Source of the DNA: an uncultured Bacilli bacterium
GTDB taxonomy: Bacteria > Bacillota_I > Bacilli_A > RF39 > UBA660
Direction: 5' to 3'
Length of the DNA stretch: 64,000 nt
NCBI GenBank assembly: GCA_947627435.1
Contig: CANQWB010000002.1
Span: forward strand, 16,643-80,642
A program made the position numbers and the translations under genes. Of the stretch, positions 59,809-64,000 are shown in pieces (position 1 is the first letter of the stretch; every line of letters starts with the position of its first letter). Below the pieces are notes generated by a model that saw nothing but the letters and a program-made list of their open reading frames with translations, did no database searches and was not told the origin of the DNA.

Positions 59809-60885
59809 ATGAGAGTTATCATCAGTGCAGGAGGGACTGGAGGTCATATTTATCCTGCTTTAGCTATCATCGAAAAAATTAAAGAAAAAGAACCAGGTAG
59901 TGAAATTTTATATATTGGTACGCATAATCGTATGGAAAAAGATATTATTCCAGCAAGAGGGATTCCTTTTGAAACCATTGAAATATATGGATTTCATCGC
60001 AAACATATATGGAAAAATATAAATACAATTAAATGTTTTATCAAAGCCAATCGAAAATGTAAACAGTTGATAAAAGAATTTAAACCAGACATTGTGGTTG
60101 GGGTAGGAGGATATGTAACAGGTCCTGTTATTTATGCTGCAAAAAAACTAGGTTATCCTACCTTTATTCATGAACAAAACAGTGCTCCTGGAAAAGCCAA
60201 TTTATTTTTAAGCAAATATGCAGATAAGATTGGTGTATCATTCAAAACAACTATCAAACATTTTCCAGAATATAAAACAGTGTTTACTGGTAATCCATGC
60301 AGTGAAGCAGCTAGTAAAGCACCTAAAATGGATAAAACCAAATATGGACTTTCTAAAGATAAACAACTCGTATACATTGTAATGGGTTCTTTAGGATCTA
60401 GTAAAATGACGGATATTTTAGTAAAAACTATGAATTTGTTCCAAAACAAAGAATATGAAATTCTATTTGTAACAGGCAAAGATTTTTATGAAACAGTATC
60501 AAAGAATCAATTTCCTAAAAATGTATATGTCGTACCTTATGTTGAAAATCAAGTGCAAATGATGCAAAATGCCGATATCATGGTTACACGTTGTGGAGCA
60601 TCTACTTTAAGTGAAATCATTACTCTTCAAATTCCATCTATTCTAATTCCAAGTCCATATGTACCAGATAATCATCAATATAAAAATGCGATGGATTTTA
60701 TAAAACAAGATGCGGCAGTCCTCATTGAAGAAAAAGATTTAAAAGGTGATATTTTAGTAAGGACCATTGATACAATGATACATGATGAAAAAAGACTCCA
60801 ACAAATGAAAAATAGTTTAAAAAAATTAGAAGTCAAAGAAAGTGCAACATGCATCTATAATACATTAAAAGAAATGGTGAAGTAA
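59809..60885 (+). CDS. murG: UDP-N-acetylglucosamine--N-acetylmuramyl-(pentapeptide) pyrophosphoryl-undecaprenol GlcNAc transferase
   Basis: MRVIISAGGTGGHIYPALAI.., HEQN, ..TRCGASTLSE... Confidence 0.9.
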   Translation: MRVIISAGGTGGHIYPALAIIEKIKEKEPGSEILYIGTHNRMEKDIIPARGIPFETIEIYGFHRKHIWKNINTIKCFIKANRKCKQLIKEFKPDIVVGVGGYVTGPVIYAAKKLGYPTFIHEQNSAPGKANLFLSKYADKIGVSFKTTIKHFPEYKTVFTGNPCSEAASKAPKMDKTKYGLSKDKQLVYIVMGSLGSSKMTDILVKTMNLFQNKEYEILFVTGKDFYETVSKNQFPKNVYVVPYVENQVQMMQNADIMVTRCGASTLSEIITLQIPSILIPSPYVPDNHQYKNAMDFIKQDAAVLIEEKDLKGDILVRTIDTMIHDEKRLQQMKNSLKKLEVKESATCIYNTLKEMVK

Positions 60886-60886
60886 T

Positions 60887-61774
60887 GTGATAAAAGAACT
60901 AAAAAAAATAAAATGCGGTATGATTTTAGAACAAGTAGATTTATCGAAATATACGACCTATAAATTACGTGGGAAAGGGGCCGTTTTAGTCGAACCGAAA
61001 AATCAAACAGAACTATTGACACTTTTAAGTTATATTAAACAACATCAAATTCCTTATAAAATAATAGGCGGAGGTTCTAATTTAATTTTTGCAGATGATT
61101 ATAAAGGTATTTTGATTCGCTTAACTGCTTTTGATCATTTAAAAATTGAAGAAAATATGATTCATGTGGGTGCTGGATATCCGCTTTTAAAACTTGCCTT
61201 AAAAGTTTCTAGAATGGGTTATACTGGAATGGAGTTTGCGACTGGAATACCGGGAACAGTAGGGGGTGCTGTTTATAACAATTCTGGTGCTTATGGTAGT
61301 GATATGGGCTATATTATAGAAAGTGTCCTTATGATTACACCAGAATTAGAAATCAAACGTTTTTATAATCGTGATTTACAATTCCATTATCGTACTTCGT
61401 TTTTAAAACAGAATCCAGGATATGTATGTTTAGAAGCAAATATTGTACTCAAAAAAGGAAATAAAGAAGAAATTATGGATATTATTGAAGATCGAAAAAA
61501 AAGAAGATTAATGTCTCAACCATTAGAATTTCCAAGTGCAGGAAGTGTTTTTCGTAATCCAAATGAAATGTCAGCAGGAAAATTAATAGAGGATTTAGGA
61601 TTAAAAGGTTATCAAATCGGTGGGGCAAAAATATCTGAAAAACATGCAAATTTTATTGTGACCGATGGTCATGCTACAGGAAAAGATATCATAGAAATTA
61701 TTCATCATATTCAAGATAAAGTCAAAGAAAAATATCATATTGATTTAATATTAGAACAAGAAATAGTAGAATAA
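60887..61774 (+). CDS. murB: UDP-N-acetylenolpyruvoylglucosamine reductase
   Basis: LSKYTTYKL.G, IIGGGSNLIF, FRNP, and the HANFIV-type C-terminus. GTG start follows GGTGA. Confidence 0.9.
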   Translation: MIKELKKIKCGMILEQVDLSKYTTYKLRGKGAVLVEPKNQTELLTLLSYIKQHQIPYKIIGGGSNLIFADDYKGILIRLTAFDHLKIEENMIHVGAGYPLLKLALKVSRMGYTGMEFATGIPGTVGGAVYNNSGAYGSDMGYIIESVLMITPELEIKRFYNRDLQFHYRTSFLKQNPGYVCLEANIVLKKGNKEEIMDIIEDRKKRRLMSQPLEFPSAGSVFRNPNEMSAGKLIEDLGLKGYQIGGAKISEKHANFIVTDGHATGKDIIEIIHHIQDKVKEKYHIDLILEQEIVE

Positions 61775-61788
61775 CAAAGGAGTCCATT

Positions 61789-62547
61789 ATGAAGAAAAAA
61801 CAAGTAAAAAAAGTGCAAAAGAAAAAAACAACAAATTTACAAACTGTAAAACGAAAAAAGATAAAAAAAATAAAAACAAAAAAAAGAAAAATCCGTTATG
61901 GTCGTATTTTAATCGCACTTGTTTGTTGTATTTGTTTTTTCTTCATTGGTTCCAAATTATTAGATTTTAGAATTCAAAATATTTATATTTCTGGTAATCA
62001 ATATCTATCTGATCAAGAGATTATTGAATTGGCAGGTATTGAAAATTATCCTTCTTATTATAAGACATTTGCTTTTGAAATTTCTAAAAAATTAGAACAA
62101 GATTCTCGCATCGCAAAAGCAATTGTGAAAAAAAAGAAAAGAAGATCAATTTGGATTGAAATTACAGAAAACACACCACTTTTTTATAATCAAACGACAG
62201 GAAAAACGATTTTATTAGATTTTCGAGAAGTGGCTGAAATGGAACAAGTCCCTGTTCTTGTCAATTATGTTCCAGATACGATTTATGAAACATTCAAACA
62301 GAAAATGAAACTTGTTGATACAGATTTAATCGCCCGTATCTCTGAAATTATGTATCAACCCAATCATGTAGATGAAGAACGTTTCTTATTTATTATGTGT
62401 GATGGTAACTATGTCTATGTCACCTTAGAAACACTAGAAAGTATTAATAATTATGTCAATATTTATGCAGAATTTACAAGTAAATATGGAAATAAGAAAG
62501 GAATTTTAAATTTAGATTCTGGTCAATACTTTACTATATTAGAATAA
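61789..62547 (+). CDS. divIB: cell division protein DivIB/FtsQ
   Basis: Lys-rich N-tail, one TM helix, and a POTRA-like start (IQNIYISGNQYLSDQEI). It follows murB as in Bacillus. Confidence 0.7.
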   Translation: MKKKQVKKVQKKKTTNLQTVKRKKIKKIKTKKRKIRYGRILIALVCCICFFFIGSKLLDFRIQNIYISGNQYLSDQEIIELAGIENYPSYYKTFAFEISKKLEQDSRIAKAIVKKKKRRSIWIEITENTPLFYNQTTGKTILLDFREVAEMEQVPVLVNYVPDTIYETFKQKMKLVDTDLIARISEIMYQPNHVDEERFLFIMCDGNYVYVTLETLESINNYVNIYAEFTSKYGNKKGILNLDSGQYFTILE

Positions 62548-62605
62548 AATATATGAGAATACGATGAAAAAATTTTATATGTAAACGTCCAAAGGAGGAC
62601 ATGTT

Positions 62606-63076
62606 ATGAGCAGTAAACAAGATTTAATTTCTAAATTAAAAGGGATGAAAAAACAATATGAAACTAATATTCTAACAAAAGAACCAGCAACTCAAATTGT
62701 AAATTTTAGTAAAAAAGGAAAAATTTATGCTTTTGGATATCAGACAATTTTACCAGAAAGACAAAATGGTCAACCGATTGGCCCAAGTATAGCGTCGATT
62801 TCTTTAAAATATAAAGGTGAAAATCAATGGAATAAACTATGTGACTATAAATTTGGGGTTGTATATGATATGACAGATACGGAAAAGGCAACAAATTATG
62901 ATGAACTATTGATGTATAAAAAAGTAAATGATAAGGAAATCGATATTATTTTAGAAATGATTAGCAGTGATGCAGAAGCAATGAAATTATTTCGAAAATA
63001 TTTATTAGCAAATGGAAAATCATATAATAATACAAAGGTTAATTTTGTATCTTCGAATCGAAGACCTTATTTATAA
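62606..63076 (+). CDS. hypothetical protein
   Basis: 156-aa ORF with a good RBS (AAAGGAGG). I recognise no family. Confidence 0.5.
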   Translation: MSSKQDLISKLKGMKKQYETNILTKEPATQIVNFSKKGKIYAFGYQTILPERQNGQPIGPSIASISLKYKGENQWNKLCDYKFGVVYDMTDTEKATNYDELLMYKKVNDKEIDIILEMISSDAEAMKLFRKYLLANGKSYNNTKVNFVSSNRRPYL

Positions 63077-63174
63077 ATCATAAGTCAATAAAGATATAGA
63101 ATGGATCATATGATAAATTGTAAATCCATAAAAAAGTATTTTTATTTACATGTGATAAATCTTTACGATATTAG

Positions 63175-63205
63175 AAACAATATCCATAGGTATTGTTTTT
63201 TTTTC
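63175..63205 (+). terminator. intrinsic terminator
   Basis: AAACAATATC-cata-GGTATTGTTT stem followed by T8. Confidence 0.65.
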
Positions 63206-63265
63206 ATTTGACAAGGATAATCATTTATGTTAACATATACCACATAAAAAGAAAGGGAGATTTGT

Positions 63266-63862
63266 ATGGATAAAAGTCTTGCAACAGTACCTGATTGGAT
63301 ATTAGATTATTATATGAATGAACGTAGTGAACTAAGCGCAGAACAAATCAAAACCATTGAAAAAATATTAATGATTCAAAATATGGCATCTATCATTTAT
63401 AATAGTAATTATACTACTATGAAACAAATAGAACAAAGTGTAGGGTGTAATGAACAAGTACTATTAAATGCGATTGCAGATTCTTCTATATGTAATCAAA
63501 AATATGAAGAAGCGAAAGAAAAATTATCAGAAAGTGTGCATTTAGATGAGGCCTCATTAAATGAAATCATTAAAATTGCTATTGACATGAATCAAGAACA
63601 AGAATTTACGGTTCAAAGCATAGAAAAAACCAGTGATCAAAAGGTAACTAAGGCAAAGAGAATTACTAAACGTTTACTTTTGCTTTCTGCATCTTTCATG
63701 TGTATTGGTCTATCGATGATGATGTTAGGAGAAACGGATTTGGTAAAAAACATAGGCTTTTTCAGTGAAATATCTGGTTTGGCGGGAGTAGCTCTAAGCG
63801 GAGTTGTGCTAAGCAGTGCGGTAAATTCAGATGAAAAATCACCTACAAAGGTAAATAAATAA
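63266..63862 (+). CDS. hypothetical membrane protein
   Basis: 198 aa with two C-terminal TM helices (LLLLSASFMCIGLSMMML; ISGLAGVALSGVVLSSAV). RBS AAAGGGAG. Confidence 0.5.
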   Translation: MDKSLATVPDWILDYYMNERSELSAEQIKTIEKILMIQNMASIIYNSNYTTMKQIEQSVGCNEQVLLNAIADSSICNQKYEEAKEKLSESVHLDEASLNEIIKIAIDMNQEQEFTVQSIEKTSDQKVTKAKRITKRLLLLSASFMCIGLSMMMLGETDLVKNIGFFSEISGLAGVALSGVVLSSAVNSDEKSPTKVNK

Positions 63863-63863
63863 T

Positions 63864-64000
63864 ATGAATGAAGAAAATATTGTACTTACATTAAATGATA
63901 ATAAAAAATATGTGTTAGTTCATCAAGTATGGATAGATAATATAGAATATTATTATTTAGCGGAAATAGAAAATCCAACCAATCTCATGTTTTGTGAAGT
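63864..64000 (+). CDS. 5' part of a hypothetical gene running off the window
   Basis: ATG 63864 lies 1 nt after the previous stop. The frame is open (MNEENIVLTLNDNKKYVLVHQVWIDNIEYYYLAEIENPTNLMFCE..) to the window end. Confidence 0.4.
   Translation, partial: MNEENIVLTLNDNKKYVLVHQVWIDNIEYYYLAEIENPTNLMFCE

Overview
AT-rich chromosomal segment of a low-GC Gram-positive bacterium. The gene order is Bacillus/Clostridium-like (mrnC-rlmB-sigH, rsmE-mtaB, a spoVD-type PBP, a BclA-like gene), which suggests a spore-forming Erysipelotrichia/Clostridia-type Firmicute; this is inference only. There are about 60 protein genes, mostly on the + strand. I saw no rRNA, tRNA, CRISPR array, transposase or integrase. 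Core content: a fragmented dcw cluster (mraZ-rsmH-ftsL-pbpB; inverted spoVD-mraY-ftsW; distant murG-murB-divIB), fhs, rbgA-mrnC-rlmB-sigH, a CIRCE-controlled clpB lacking the N-domain, the str operon (rpsL-rpsG-fusA-tuf), a FemAB-type transferase, eno, priA-fmt, secG, ruvAB-queA, miaA, rsmE-mtaB and recD2. Non-core content worth a second look: (1) Three oversized prepilin-type proteins bracket the mraZ operon. Two are preceded by a near-identical 81/83-nt leader carrying a G9/G10 tract, and one carries an ALK/LTK-type glycine-rich domain. (2) An AT-rich island (about 16.4-21.5 kb) holds Bro-N (frameshifted), RhuM and DinD type genes, a SWIM protein and orphans, and contains a decayed duplicate of the rbgA 5' end. 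(3) A large protein is built from 255-bp tandem repeats of sigma-70-region-4-like modules and is split by a frameshift. (4) A collagen-like BclA-type gene sits next to a GT2-TPR glycosyltransferase. (5) A dockerin-bearing GH73-like autolysin sits next to a membrane-anchored candidate cohesin/cadherin-like scaffold. All calls come from reading the sequence and the translated ORFs by eye. No database search or folding program was run, and family names and accession numbers are from memory.
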